Shown: piece after piece, positions 22,860 through 35,870 of the stretch
How the letters are laid out: each line of letters opens with the position of its first letter
Position numbering within the stretch: position 1 is the first letter of the stretch
Source: Octopus vulgaris
Lineage: Eukaryota
NCBI GenBank assembly: GCA_951406725.2
Contig: OX597814.1
Span: 139,252,001 to 139,316,000 of the forward strand
Direction: 5' to 3'
Length of the DNA stretch: 64,000 nt
Made by a program: the position numbers and the translations under genes
Notes under the pieces: generated by a model
The model's database searches: none
Told to the model about the DNA's origin: nothing
The model's input: the letters and a program-made list of their open reading frames with translations, nothing else

Positions 22860-23680
22860 CCATTTGATTCTTGCCACCCGAGACACAACAGGATGAACAT
22901 CCCATTTTGTTTAGCCAAAAGAATATCACAAAAATATCAGACGCAAATAGCCGTTATACACGACTCCAGGAATTGAAAACCACGATCCAGCGAATACTTA
23001 AATTAAATACACAAGAACTTTGACAACCAAGACCAAGGAAGGAAGAAAAATTGAAAACCCTGCCTTACATTTCCACACACAACCCACATAATAATGAGGC
23101 CTTCAACACTATACTCCACAGCACAGCTCTACTCAAGAGAGACTCAAAGATGAATCAAATCCTCGAAACACACACAATCATCAAAAGTAAGAGACAACCA
23201 AAATCAACGAAAAAGATTTTAACCCAGGCCAAATTACACTCAACAATAACCACAGAGCCGACAGTAAAAAAGAGCTGGAGACCCAACTGTGAGATCTGTA
23301 TCAACATAATAGAAGGATCAGAATACCGATTAGAACAAGGCCATAATTTCACCATAAAAATCAATTTTACATGTGCATCGGAGAACTTGATACTTAATTA
23401 CATGCTCGAGATGCAAACGACAATATATTGGACACACAAAAACAGCCTACGTCAGAGGATGGCGGTACACAAATATCAAATTAGGATTCCAAAACACAGG
23501 AAAATACCTCTCAGCCAGCTAATCGATGAATGTGCATCTAACAAATAACCTAATTTCACAACGCTTCCATTATACAAATTCAAAGACAATGGTAGGCAAA
23601 ATGAACGCATTAGCAAGGAAATGCATTTCATAAGGAAGTACTGACCGAGTCAAAAAATTTTAAACTCGCAACACTGATAC
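22858..23680 (+). pseudogene. Decayed Penelope-like RT-thumb/GIY-YIG fragment related to the 6096-7121 element
   Basis: FDSCHPRHNRMNIPFCLAKRI; LPYISTHNPHNNEAFN; IIKSKRQPKS; NFTCASEN; SLRQRMAVHK. Flanked by (TA)n on both sides. Confidence 0.85.
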
Positions 23681-23749
23681 TTTTATATATATATATGTAT
23701 GTATGGGTATGTATGTGTGTATATATGTGTATGTATGTGTTTATGTATG

Positions 23750-23796
<47 letters not shown>

Positions 23797-23903
23797 ATAT
23801 GTATGTATATATATATATATATATATACATATATGCGTGTGTATGTATAAGTGTATCTGCATATATATGTGTATGTGTATATATGTACATATGTATATAT
23901 ATA

Positions 23904-23998
<95 letters not shown>

Positions 23999-24011
23999 AT
24001 ATATATATATG
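23681..24011. repeat. (TA)n/(TG)n/(TATG)n microsatellite block
   Basis: Direct reading. Confidence 0.95.
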
Positions 24012-24039
24012 TAATATGTGACAATTAGTCGGTAGCCAT

Positions 24040-24101
24040 GATAAAAACTCCGAGTTTCTGAAGCCGAGGTGGAAATCCACGCCGCCATCTCTTCAGTTAT
24101 C
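24040..24101 (-). ncRNA. Hammerhead motif, canonical core, slightly decayed
   Basis: GATAA-CTGAAGA-GA..GTGG-attt-CCAC..TC-A-GAAA-CTCGGAG-TT-T-TTATC; ends about 30 nt from (TA)n. Confidence 0.55.
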
Positions 24102-24338
24102 TGGTCAGCAGAAAAAAAAAAAGTAAACTATGAATGTTAACTTTAATTTTAATTATATTTTATCAATAGCTCTTTTTTCTCTCTACATATTCCATTTTAG
24201 TGCATATATTCGATAAGGTTATTCAAAAACCGTAACATGTAAAACAAAACCAAAACATTCTTCTTTTAATGTACTCACTTAAGGGAAAATTAAAATGTAC
24301 CCAATTTTAAGAAAGTAGCATTTTCGTTCTTCTTTTGC

Positions 24339-24390
<52 letters not shown>

Positions 24391-24399
24391 ATGTATGTA

Positions 24400-24467
<68 letters not shown>

Positions 24468-24591
24468 CAACAATATAAAGGAATGGCCCTGGTAGGCCAT
24501 TCGTCTCACCAGAAAGAGCAGTCATACTCAAACCGCTAAATAGTAGTAATTCAGAAATCAAAGGAAAATCAAAAATATTTACCTTAATCAT

Positions 24592-24697
24592 CCTTGGACA
24601 ATGCATTGTTTCGACGTATATTATGGCAAACCAGCCTAATTAAATTAAATTAAATTTAATCAAGTCAATCTACAACTGGCTCGTCTCATCGTCAAGG
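24592..24697 (-). ncRNA. Hammerhead-like motif with long stem II loop and palindromic stem III, core mutated
   Basis: CCTTG-ACGATGA-GACG...CGTC-GAAA-CAATGCATTG-TC-CAAGG, inside a (TA)n-flanked island at about 24463-24750. Confidence 0.5.
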
Positions 24698-24853
24698 AAG
24701 CCAGGAGGAATAAATATTCCACGAGGCAGCCGCAACGATGCCTCGGGAATATATATATATATATATATAGTCTGTGACTTTTCTCTTTCTCACTGGACCG
24801 CTGGTGGCGAAAAAAGTTTCTATTGAATTTTTTGCTACCCTTATATATATATA

Positions 24854-24924
<71 letters not shown>

Positions 24925-25373
24925 CCTTCCCTATAAAAATTAGCTTTGTTTTTATGAAAATCACCAGTATTCTGACGCGGTGCTTTTGATAAAGTTGTAA
25001 GTATGTCCCATTTTGGTTGGAAGAGGTAAAATATACACCAACGTTGACGATTTTTTCAAAGTAATTCTCATTTCCCATAAACAAAAATTCTTCTTGCGTT
25101 ATTTTAGCTAAAAAGATTCTGTTTTTTGCGAATCTCGAGTTCTTGTTTAGATACTTTCTTGCTAACATTCGCTTTCAGCACAAAATATCACACACTGAGA
25201 TTTACATGTTCCGTGCTTTCTTGTTAAGCTTTTAGCTTAAAATATCATTCATTCTCAGTGTGCTTATATATATGTATATATATATATATACACGTTTGTG
25301 TGTGTGTGTGTGTGTGAGTGTGTATGTGTGTATGCGTACATGTGTATGTGTGTGATATTTATATATGTATATA

Positions 25374-26793
25374 CAGTTGCAGCCAAAATGATCAGAACGG
25401 TTGAAAAAATATCAAAAAATCAAAAATGACAGAGAATTCTGGAATTATTTAATATTTAGTGTGAAGCCCTTTAGCTTCAATCACACTTTGACATCTTCGA
25501 CTGCATGAGGAAATTAAATTTTCAATTTCTTGCTAGGTGATCTTATTCCATTCTTTCTGAAGGGCATTCTATAATTGCTCGGTTGTTTTAGGATTTCTGG
25601 CTTTCGAACGTTCTCCTAGAATATTCCGCACATTTTCAATAGGATTGAGATCTGGGCTTTGAGCAGGCCAATCCATAATAATAACCTTTTCAGCCTTGAG
25701 GAAGTTCATGACCACCTTAGCCTTGTGACATGGGGCATTGTCCTGCATGAATATGGGTGGTCGCTTAGTTGAATTTCTCAGCACAGGCAAGACATGATCT
25801 TTTACAAGTTGTTTATAAACTCCTGCATTTACCTTTCCATGTAATCGTACCATCTCCAGATATCATCCCCCAAACCATGACACTTCCTCTACTGAATTTA
25901 ACACTAGCCTTAAGGCATTTAGGCGACAATTTTTCACCTACTTTTCAACGAACGTACCTTTTCCCATCTGAGCCAAATAACATAAACTTAGATTCATCAC
26001 TAAAATGCACCGTTTGCCATTTTTCTTGAGACCACAACACATGTTCGGTTGCAAAGGTAAGACGACACTTTTTTATTTTTGGAGCTGATCAGTGGCTTCA
26101 CTGCTGGTGATCTTGCTTGTAGGTTATGATCAACTAAACGATGAGACAAGTTTTTCGAGATAACGTTTTCTTCAGTACAATGCTCATTTCCCGAGAAACA
26201 GCAGCAGCAGTTTTAAATCTGTCTTTTTTAACCAACTTTACCATAGCACGATCTTCTCTCTTGGTCGTTTCTCTTGGCCTATCTGTAGACTTTCTTGCTT
26301 CACACGAACCACAATCATCGAAGACCTTAAGAATACCGTGAACAACACTTTTTGACTTGTTAACAATCTTTGCAATAGACCCAATACTTAAATTATCCTT
26401 CTTTCGAAGCTTAATAATCTGCTGACGAATTGATAACAGAGTAAGTGGCATTATATTAACAAAGTACACTGCAGATATTCTTACTAATGTTTAGTAAACG
26501 AACCGTCACGTAAACAAATTCAAAACATTAGAGTTCGCCGGTTAAATATACTAAAACATGGAGTAAAAGCAACCGTACTGATCATTTTGGCCGCCATGGG
26601 TTTTGCAGTAAATCACTAAATCATCCATAACTTTTGTATTATCCTCTCAAATTACACTATAATCTCAGACAATAACAATTAATATCGTATTTATTGTCTG
26701 TAAAAATTATAGAATATAAAACAACTTTGATAAAAACTTATACCTACATTTCTGGCGAAAACAATGCCGTTCTGAACATTTTGGCCGCAACTC
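25374..26793 (-). mobile_element. Tc1 (DD34E) DNA transposon, full length, frameshifted
   Basis: TA-CAGTTGCAGCCAAAATGATCAGAACGG ... CCGTTCTGAACATTTTGGCCGCAACTC-TA; HTH region; FSDESKF; FMQDNAPCH-(34 aa from D to E)-WPAQSPDLNPIEN. Confidence 0.93.
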
Positions 26794-27060
26794 TATATAT
26801 GAATGTGTATAGATAGATAAATATATATGATATATTAATATATTTATATATACAAACATATATATACATATATATGTACACATACACATACTAATATATA
26901 TACACATATATATGTCTGTATGTATATATATATACTTATATATATATATATGTGTGTATGTGTATATACACATGTGTGTGTTTATGTGAGTGCGTAAATA
27001 GTATATATATATGCATATGCTTTAGACATAACCTGAAATTATGTATATTCATATACACTC
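26794..27060. repeat. (TA)/(CA)-rich low-complexity DNA
   Basis: Direct reading. Confidence 0.9.
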
Positions 27061-27983
27061 CAACATCATTCTTATTTACAGATATTCCTAATTTGTAGCT
27101 TACATTTATACATATCCCAAATGTTTACATATTTACTTACACATATACTGAATTTATGTACATCTATAAATATTCCAAAGAAATATGTATTTATCCATAT
27201 TTGCGAATATATCGTTATACATAATTTGACGGCAGTAATGGAAGGTGGTTTTTCTCTGTCTATAATAATGGTAAGAAATGTTCTGTTCCTCAACGTCAAA
27301 TATCTAATTTTCTCAAATGCATGTTGATGAAATTAAACTTGTTTATTTTATAACAGGATTTTTCTTTATCACTTCTGATAACTTTATCTATCCAACTTTT
27401 AACCTCACTCGCTCTCTTTCTCTTCAAATCTTTTTTTTCCTTCTCTTTATCTCTCTATGCTTTTCTTTCGCTCTCACACTTTCTCTCTGCTACTTATTAT
27501 TATTAAGTCTGCTGAATTCCAAATTTAGTTTCTATTCTACACTAACGCCTACGAACTTCAGTCCAATTCAATTTTAGAACCAGAGCTATGTGAATAAATC
27601 CTGTGTCACCCAACAAATATATCAAAATCAGTAACTAAGGCTATTTCGAGAAGAATTACGAAATTATCAGCTAATATACACATTTTTAATACTCCTAGCA
27701 CTATAACTTCGCGTTGTCTAATGCAGGATATAACTAATTCCTTAATCCAAAAAGTATAACAACTACTGATTATATAAATAATGAGAATTTAAGTGAAAGA
27801 GAGAATAAAAGCCCACTTATTCGGGAAAACAGACCTACTGCGAAAGCTTCCAGCAAACCTATTAATTTTTAAAATAAGGTAAGTAACAATAGGAAACTAG
27901 ATTCTAAGATCAGTAAGATTAATAGTTTATATAATAATTGTAGTAAGACGAATACCAATAGTATAGCCATACCTAATAATCAA

Positions 27984-28879
27984 GTGGTGAGTTTGGAAGG
28001 CGGAAGAAGAGTAGATAGATTCCGCCCTCATATACATAAGAAGAGTAGGATAGTCTGGTATAGCATACCCTTCAATTGTGCTATATTCACCAGCATATAT
28101 AAACAAATTTTCGATAAAAGCTTCCCTGCATCCCATAGATATAATAGAATATTTTCCTGTATCTCAATCAGAATTTCGTATTCTATCCTTCCCCATATAG
28201 GTACCCTCATAGCCAGGCTTAATAGAAAGAATATGAAATTAGCAAGAAGAATTATTAATAATAACAAGAGCACTCAGAGATCGCAAACCTCCGCCAAGAC
28301 AATACCAACGTCCTCTCAACGATTTGCTAGAGATAATTTTTTTAATGAGAATATCTGAATTAAACTCGACTGCTCTCACAGACGAAAATACTAAAAATGA
28401 ACTCGACCGTTCTCAAAAATTAGATGAAAAAAAAAACAGGAAAAATAATCCTTGTCCGGTATCGGATCCACCCCAAAATCTAATCAGTTCGTACCAGTCA
28501 TCGATCCCAAAATCTAATCAGAAAGTTTCATCCGAATCCATCCAGCGGTTCTTGAGATATCTTGTCCACGGACAAACAAACACGACTGAAAACAATACCT
28601 CCGCCTTCGCTAAGGTGGAGGTAATAATATTAGTATTGTCAATACTGGTTGGTTTAAACCCCTGTAATGACGATAATAATAATGGTGATGTAGGAATCAG
28701 GTACAGCAGAACTAATACATCTAATATGCATAATATAAACTGTGACTCCAATGTTTATACTAACCCATGTATTACTGACGCAGTACCTGATGATGCTGAG
28801 ACGAATTCAAATGATACTATAGTTGAAGGAAGTATAAATAATAACAGTAATAATAATACCGATAATAATTATAGTAGCA

Positions 28880-28961
<82 letters not shown>

Positions 28962-29480
28962 TGATGATAATAATAATAATAATAATAGGAATATCAATAA
29001 TATTAATAGTAATAATGCTCCCTGTTGCAATTGTAAAGTTAAATCTCATTGCCTGTTAATAAGTTGATGTTTAATCCAAAACGTAGTTTGTAGATGTACA
29101 ATTGTAACTGAAGCTGGTAATTTTATATATATCGGATGTTCGATAAATATGAAAAACGTATTAATAACCATTTTTCATCGTTTAGACTTAGACATAAAGC
29201 TACTAGTACGACTTTATCTAGTAAGGTCTGGGAACTTAAAGAAAACGGGGCCGGATTTAGCCTTAAATGGGATGTAATACGGAAGGAGCAACCTTATAGA
29301 AATAGCCGATATGGATATGAGCTTTGCTCTATGGAAATTTATGAAATGTTTAAATACAGAGACAAGAACAACCTCATTAATAATAGATTAGACCTAAGGT
29401 ATCATGCATGCATAGCATCACCCGCGCATTTAAGTATTTTCGAAACTAATAATATCACATTTATCATACTTGGAATTTGA
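27984..29480 (+). pseudogene. Decayed Penelope-like element of a different clade (RT thumb + GIY-YIG), interrupted by a HINE-like insertion and (AAT)n
   Basis: IVWYSIPF...FDKSFPASHRYNRIFS..IRISYS; CNCKVKSHC..CLIQNVV...YIG; KRINNHFSSF...STTLSSKVWELK...LKWDV..PY...LC. Confidence 0.75.
28262..28626 (+). mobile_element. Helentron-associated (HINE/DINE-1-like) non-autonomous element
   Basis: 5' subterminal ACCTCCGCC, body aagtttcatccgaatccatccagcggttcttgagatatc..gacaaacaaac, 3' hairpin TACCTCCGCCTT-cgct-AAGGTGGAGGTA (28596-28623). Confidence 0.6.
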
Positions 29481-29569
29481 TGGTGGAAATTAACTTTGGT
29501 GTCGTATCCGTTATAACTTAGCCTCTAGTATAAAATATAGGATATTATGTTATATGCTTTTTTACGATA

Positions 29570-29741
29570 CGCACAAGGCCCGAAATTTTGGGGGAGGGAG
29601 TCAGTCGATTAGATCGAACCCACTACACAACTGGTACTTAATTTATCGACCCCGAAAGGATGAAAGGCACAGTCGACCTCGGTGGAATTTGAACTCAGAA
29701 CGTAAAGACAGACGAAATACCACGAAAGAAAGAAAGAAAAA

Positions 29742-29790
<49 letters not shown>
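29570..29790 (-). mobile_element. SINE family B (partial) followed by (GAAA)n
   Basis: atttatcgaccccgaaaggatgaaaggc...gaatttgaactcagaacg. Confidence 0.85.
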
Positions 29791-29791
<1 letters not shown>

Positions 29792-31294
29792 TAGCAATTC
29801 ATTAATTGAACACGATTGACATAAACAGTTTCCCTCTCCTCGTGAACCTGTAGAGAAATGTGTTCACATCAGCGACGCCAAGTGAGCGACGCCAAAACGT
29901 CAACGCACGAACATCTCAAACTCGACAATGCACTCTCTCTACTGAAAACGACATTCCAGTTAAGTAGTGATTTGTTAAAGAACTTTTACCACTGTATGTG
30001 AGTCGATTGTTATAAACTTGTGTTAATCTAAATTATGATACCTATGCAATTAACTTCTTTTTCTAACTCTGAACTCTTTCAAAGCCCTAACAAACCACAT
30101 TTCAATGTTATACCATGCCATTGCATATGATTATTAAGAAATGTTTATTTTCTCATATTCTGAATTTAAACATTTTCTTCAGAAAGCAAAATATATACAC
30201 ATTTTGCACACATAATTTATACATATTTGTACACATTTCAATTCATTTCATTTATTCATATGTTTGCATATATATATATATATATATATATATTTCGAAT
30301 GTATATATATCTATACATGTTACGAATTCTTATGCAGCATGGTGCTCTCTCTAATTTACAAACGGAATATTGTAGAAAAGCGGTTGTAAATCTAATTTCT
30401 TCCTTATTCAAAATATCTGAATTTAGAATCAATGATTTTGATGTTCAGTTTCTGACATAATGATAATGTTCAGTGCAGAATTTGCGTGCGGTTAGATCTA
30501 CAGTCTACCATTTGGAAGTGAGATCGTTTCAAATTACTCAATTCTGAGAAGAGACGCAGTAATCTTCTTGACATAAGTTTAGTTCCCAGCAAGAAAAATA
30601 TTTATCCTGTTATTAGTCGAAATACAAAATATATTGCACCAATTCTTTCATCTTGTTATGGCAGATATCGCAGAATTTGCTCGTTACAGAACCTTACAAT
30701 TTTTTTTATCCATTAGTTGTTATTGTGTATTTATTGGGGAAGCTCTACAAGCATCAACGAATTCAATATGACCTGCGTTCCTACATAATGCATTTGAATT
30801 ATATTGATTTGTTGCTCTCTTAATTCTGAGATTAATGGTTGGATATAGGCTTACACGTTGTGTTAGTAACCACTTCCTTTTCACTGATTCATTAAAGGAT
30901 TTGGGAGAAACCACTTCAAGCTAATAAAACATTGATCTGCGTTACAGTGAACTGTGCCTCTAAAAGATTTACAACTAGATAGATGATAAATTGAATCAGC
31001 AAGTTCTGTGGCACTTTACTAGAAGTACGTGCAGTGACACAACATTAAGGCTACAGCCTTAATGATTTAGATATTTGCGATTATCTAATACAGCTGAAAT
31101 ACGAATAAACTGTACAATTTTAATCTATTTTAACTTGAAAGCGTAATTACAGTAGCGGTCTTAGTGTTTATACTGTAGCTCATTGGAGGAAGTAACTGTT
31201 ACATGAGTAATTAATTGTTTTAGTCAGTCAACATTAAGCATAGAACCAGTATATATTTCTCCCTGAACAATCAGTCGAATGATTGCTTGTTTTT

Positions 31295-31817
31295 ACCAGC
31301 TGAACGGTCTAGAGTAATGTGAACTGAACACAACTCATCGCCCGGTTCGGGAATCGAAACCACAGTCTTACGATCATGAGTCTTTGGATGGTCGTGGTCT
31401 CAGTGGTGAAACCATCTAATAACGACTCCGTTCAGAAGGCTGGAATAGAAGATGCCATTCGAAGAAAGAACACTGTGCAATGAATATCCACAGAATGCCT
31501 TTTATTCCGGGTCACAAATATACACAAGTTGAATAAATCAAGAAAGTTATTTACAAGTGAAAGGCCATGTTCAGCTTCTGTGTATCCTACGTCATAGCTG
31601 CTCAATGTCTATTAGCTGCTGCGTGCCTTATGCAAGAGCAAAGGAGGTAACATCCTCGCACGCTGCTGTCACGGTGACAAAGAGGGAGAACTAAGTGCAG
31701 GAACCTCAGAATAACATGCTGTGCTACCTAATGGCAAGCTATTTAGACAGCTACCGTCAGGGAAGGTAACTGCGCCTATAAGTCCAACACCCTAACCACT
31801 GAGCCATGCGCCTCCAC
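31295..31817 (-). mobile_element. tRNA-derived SINE head split by an insertion
   Basis: Rejoined minus strand: gtggaggcgcatggctcagtggttagggtgttggact|catgatcgtaagactgtggtttcgattccc. Confidence 0.75.
31383..31780 (-). mobile_element. Probable solo LTR (398 bp) with AGTC target-site duplication
   Basis: AGTC at 31379-31382 and 31781-31784; termini tttgg...ctata (decayed TGTGG...CCACA); AATAAA on the minus strand at about 31501-31506. Confidence 0.55.
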
Positions 31818-31959
31818 AAGTATTTAGCTCTAGGGTAGCTCAAATACTTCTACGGTCACGCTTTTGCCTTTCATCACTCAGATATAGTCGAGTAAGACAC
31901 AAGGATTTCGTTAAAAACCACTATTTGATTTAGTTTCACGTATTCCTTCCTCTTTCCAA

Positions 31960-32180
31960 AACTCGTTTCTACATCAGATTCTATCGGAAACAACCGTCAT
32001 TACACGTTCCTGCCGGATTCCAAGCGTGACCAGCTGAGACTATGGATATTGTCCAGCCATCTTGATTTTGGCCTACTCGTACTCATACTTCTGTTGGCCC
32101 GGCTTACGATCCTTTACAGCAACATTCTGACTACATGTCCATAGTATCTGAGTTGTGATCTTTCAATGTTAAGAAAAGTT
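31960..32180 (-). mobile_element. RTE-clade LINE C-terminal fragment
   Basis: IERSQLRYYGHVVRM ... RPKSRWLDNI. Confidence 0.65.
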
Positions 32181-32207
32181 TATCTACGACAATATTTGTG
32201 ACACTCT

Positions 32208-32822
32208 AAGGTGACAAGCTGGCAGAATCGTTAACACACCGGGCAAAATGCTAAGCGGCATTTCGTCCGTCTTTATGTTCTGAGTTCAAATTCTGCCACG
32301 GCCTATTTTGCCTGTCATTCTATCGAGGTCGATAAAATAAGTACTAGTAGAGCACTTGAGTCGATGTAATCGACTTACCCCCTCTCTTGAACAAGCTGAG
32401 ACAAGCTGACTGACAGGTGACGGTCGTTTAGGAAAAGCGCGGGCTAAAACTACGCGCCTTCACTATTCAGTTAAGGTGAGACAGTGTCACGTGACAACTT
32501 GCTGAGGCTGGTTGCTGGAGACTATGCGGCAGGTATTTAAAGGGAGAATTTTGACAAGACAGTCAGTCACCGGCTGACACTCGCTGACGATACATCGAAG
32601 AGGCCAGGGAACAGAACAAAGAAGACATGCACCCAACACCAGAGCTGAAGAGCCGAAAGGGGGGGCGCCACGTCAAAACGGTAGAGGAGTAGGGGCCGAA
32701 ACCGGACGTGGTTTCTCCTGATGATGTCTTGAGCTAACTGGATCCTATAAAGGAGCTGTTGTGGTAGCAGACCACGAAACACGGTTGTAATTCCTCTGGC
32801 CTTTGCCAAAATTGAAAGCAAT
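32208..32822 (+). mobile_element. SINE family B interrupted by a ~390-bp unclassified insertion (~32398-32795)
   Basis: The SINE body ends at ...gaacaagctg and resumes at ctggcctttgccaaaattgaaag. Confidence 0.65.
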
Positions 32823-33919
32823 TTCAGCATAGCATAACTAAACTGAGGAATTTTGTTATTCTGATTTTGGTAATTATCATCCGCTAGTTTGTATTTTTTA
32901 CACCGTATGTCAGGAAAGACCTGAGCAGCTTCATTTTGAAATGCTGCAGCCTTGTCAGTTTTTCCCTGCTGTCGTGTATGCAGAATGTGTCTTGATAGAA
33001 TCGATTTACTTTCACTGAAATGTCCTATGACTTAAACAGACTCAGGTTTTGACAGAAACTCTTTTATTTCTCTTTTCCTTTCCATTTCTTCCACCACTAC
33101 CCCACCCTACCCATCCGCACCACCACGTTTGAAATTCACTAGAGTCTTGTATTACAGTTTTTGACAGGATTTTCTTATTTTCCCCCCATTAGAGAATGCT
33201 GATAATTGCAATAGATGGCAAAACTTCACTTTTTCCCCGCTTTACAATAGACTAGATTCGAATTCGGCTGAATAAGACAGGATTCTATAATATTATATTT
33301 CCTGTCAGTTTCACTGCTTTTCTTGTGTTTATTTATTTTCCCTTGCCAAAAGCAGGTCTCAGAATAGTTAAAAATTAAAACATTTAGTAATTCTGTAATG
33401 AAATTCTCTGATTTATATAAGTGAGAGAAATAAGATTACGGATATTCGTGGTTTTCTTAAGAGCATTTATGACGTAAGAGGAGTAAAATGGCGGCGACTG
33501 GGAATAAACATCAAATTTTAGATTTGGCTTGCACAAACCATTACCTCAGCAGCATTCTTTATTTCAATATTCTCTTAAAAATTTATACATACATTTTTAA
33601 TTCTAATTTAATCTCCTCTAACAGAAATAGCGTCTTTATTCAATATTTTTTCAAATTTTGCTTTGAAATTTATTGCAATTTTTTTATATTTCTCAATAAT
33701 TTTCTTTCGAATCAAGAATGTTCTGGAAGACAGCTTAGACTAAAAACATTGCCTTTTTAACATTTTTATTGCTAATTTAAAATGCTTCGGCCTTGTTGCG
33801 TATAGTTTATATTTTTGGCTCTATTGTCTGTTAATTACCATTACCTAATGGTAAACGTTTGAGCATATACTTCTCTACGAATTTACGGCAAAAATTGAAA
33901 TAAAATCTTCTGCTCTCCT

Positions 33920-34285
33920 TAGAGAGAGAGGGGGAAAAGAGAGTAAATGAGACAGAGGGGAGAGTCAGTGAGTGAATGAGAAAGAAAGAAAAAGTGAGTG
34001 GGTGAGAACGAGAGAAAGAGAAAGAAGAAAGTGAGTGAGAGAGTGGGTGAGAACGAGAGAATGAGAAAGAAAGAGAAAGTGAGTGAGTGAGTGAGTGAGT
34101 GAGTGAGTGAGTGAGTGAGTGAGTGAGTGAGTGAACGAGCGAGAGAGAGAGTCAGTGAGTAGGTGAGTGAGTGATTGGCTGAATGACTGAGAGAGTGAGA
34201 GAAAAAGAGTGAGTGAAAAAGAAAGAGAATAAAAAAGTATGAAGGTGAAAGAAAAAAACAAAGAGAGAGAGATAGAGAGATAGAT
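33920..34285. repeat. (GAGT)n/(GA)n purine-rich repeat
   Basis: Direct reading. Confidence 0.92.
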
Positions 34286-34377
34286 TCAAAATTGCTCAGT
34301 GATTAAGAAATTCGCTACTCAGTCACATGTCCTGGAGATGTGACTGTCATCTGGGTCAAATATCATTTACCGTTGAC

Positions 34378-34788
34378 AAAACATGAATAAGACCCACAAA
34401 GGCCTTAAGTACTTAAAAGATTTTGGTACCCCCATATACTTGTAATTAAAAATATAAACAATAATTATCCATAAAATAATTTCTTTTATTTTTCAAATGA
34501 AGTAAAACTAACAGTAAGATGGAAAATAATGTTTATTTTTGCATACTTCCTCTTTATTTATATGTGAAAAGTTTTCTCCTGCTATTATTAATTGCAGTCT
34601 CAAATCAGATCCCCAAAATTAATCTTATGTAACACATCTGCTTCTAGTAGAGATAAGGAATATTATTTTAGGAAGTTTAAAGTGATTTCTTTTGTGACAT
34701 AAGCCATTTACCATTTCTGTGGTGCCTCCTCCCTCCCCCTTGATGCCCTAGGCGCGTGCTTATTTTGCTTATGGCTAATCCAGCGTTG
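34378..34788. mobile_element. Possible decayed non-autonomous hAT-like element
   Basis: Right end gccctaggcgcgtgcttattttgcttatggctaatccagcgttg resembles CAGGGCCGGATTA-type termini (from memory); the left end is weak. Confidence 0.35.
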
Positions 34789-35035
34789 ACAGCAGACACG
34801 CTCAATCTAAACCTTTATGAGAGATAAACTGAGGAGCTGGAAACTAGATAGAAGCCCGTCGGATGAATTGCATCTAATTCAAATGTCCTGTGTTTCCACA
34901 CACGCTGTTACTCTGGTTCTTCCTGAGGGTTACAGTGCGAATGCATGGTTACAGTGTACTCGGCTATTTTATGCGATAACGGAGTGAATAGACATTTCGG
35001 TTGATCGAATACTCAACGTCGAAATCGACGACAAA

Positions 35036-35870
35036 TCATCGTCGTCATCATCATCATCATCATCATTACCATTTCACGTCAGTTTTCTATGCTACCATGA
35101 GTAGGATGGTTTGACAGTGAGAAGACTGCACCAATATGTGTTGTCTGTTTCTGCATGGTTTCTGTGGCTGGATGCCCTTCCTAATGTCAATCACTTTACA
35201 GAGTGTACGGGGTGCTTTTTACGTGGCACCACTAGAAGTGAGGTCACAAAGTTAACTTGCAGGACAAGACCCCTCAACTGGAGGGAGTAGTATTGAGAGA
35301 CAGATGGTGGAAGAGAGGATAGAAAGATGGTGAAGATGTGTACAGAGACGGGACAGAGACTGTACACCGAAGTTACTGGGTGGTGTATATAGTGAAGTAG
35401 ACCCGGAATCGGAGAGATTTAGTAGGTGTGTGTGTTTCGAAAGGAGGGTGGGAGCTTGCGGTAGAGGAAGGAAAGGAATTTAGCAGGGGTATATTGTATG
35501 CAGGCAGGTAGATGGATACGTGAGGGAGAACGGAAAGAAGTGGGAACGGCTGTGATGAGCATGGGGGAGTTGCTGGATAAGAGGGTCATGAACATGGATT
35601 TTATTTTGCTGGACGGTTCTTCTCAAGCATAGCATATCACCAGTTGCTTCAGTCCTTTGTCATTTTCTCTGTGAGGCTGGACATCTGACGTTCATTGCTC
35701 ACCACTTCATTCTACGTCTTCCTGGGTCTTCCTCTTTCACAGAGTCCCTCCACACTTAGATATCGGTAACTTCTTTATGCAACTGTCCTCATCCATACGC
35801 ATAACATGACCATACCAGCGCCGCAGACTTCTCTCTTGCACACTACATATGATACCCAATTTTTCTCTCG
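35036..35870 (-). mobile_element. RTE-clade LINE 3' end with (GAT)n tail
   Basis: [30 protein letters not shown]...RGRPRKT; 3' UTR ggctggatgcccttcctaa; tail (ATC)n on +. Confidence 0.75.

Noticed and set aside
28324-29067. 247-aa Asn-rich ORF as a host gene
   Set aside because: Chimera of a HINE-like insertion, (AAT)n and the Penelope linker.
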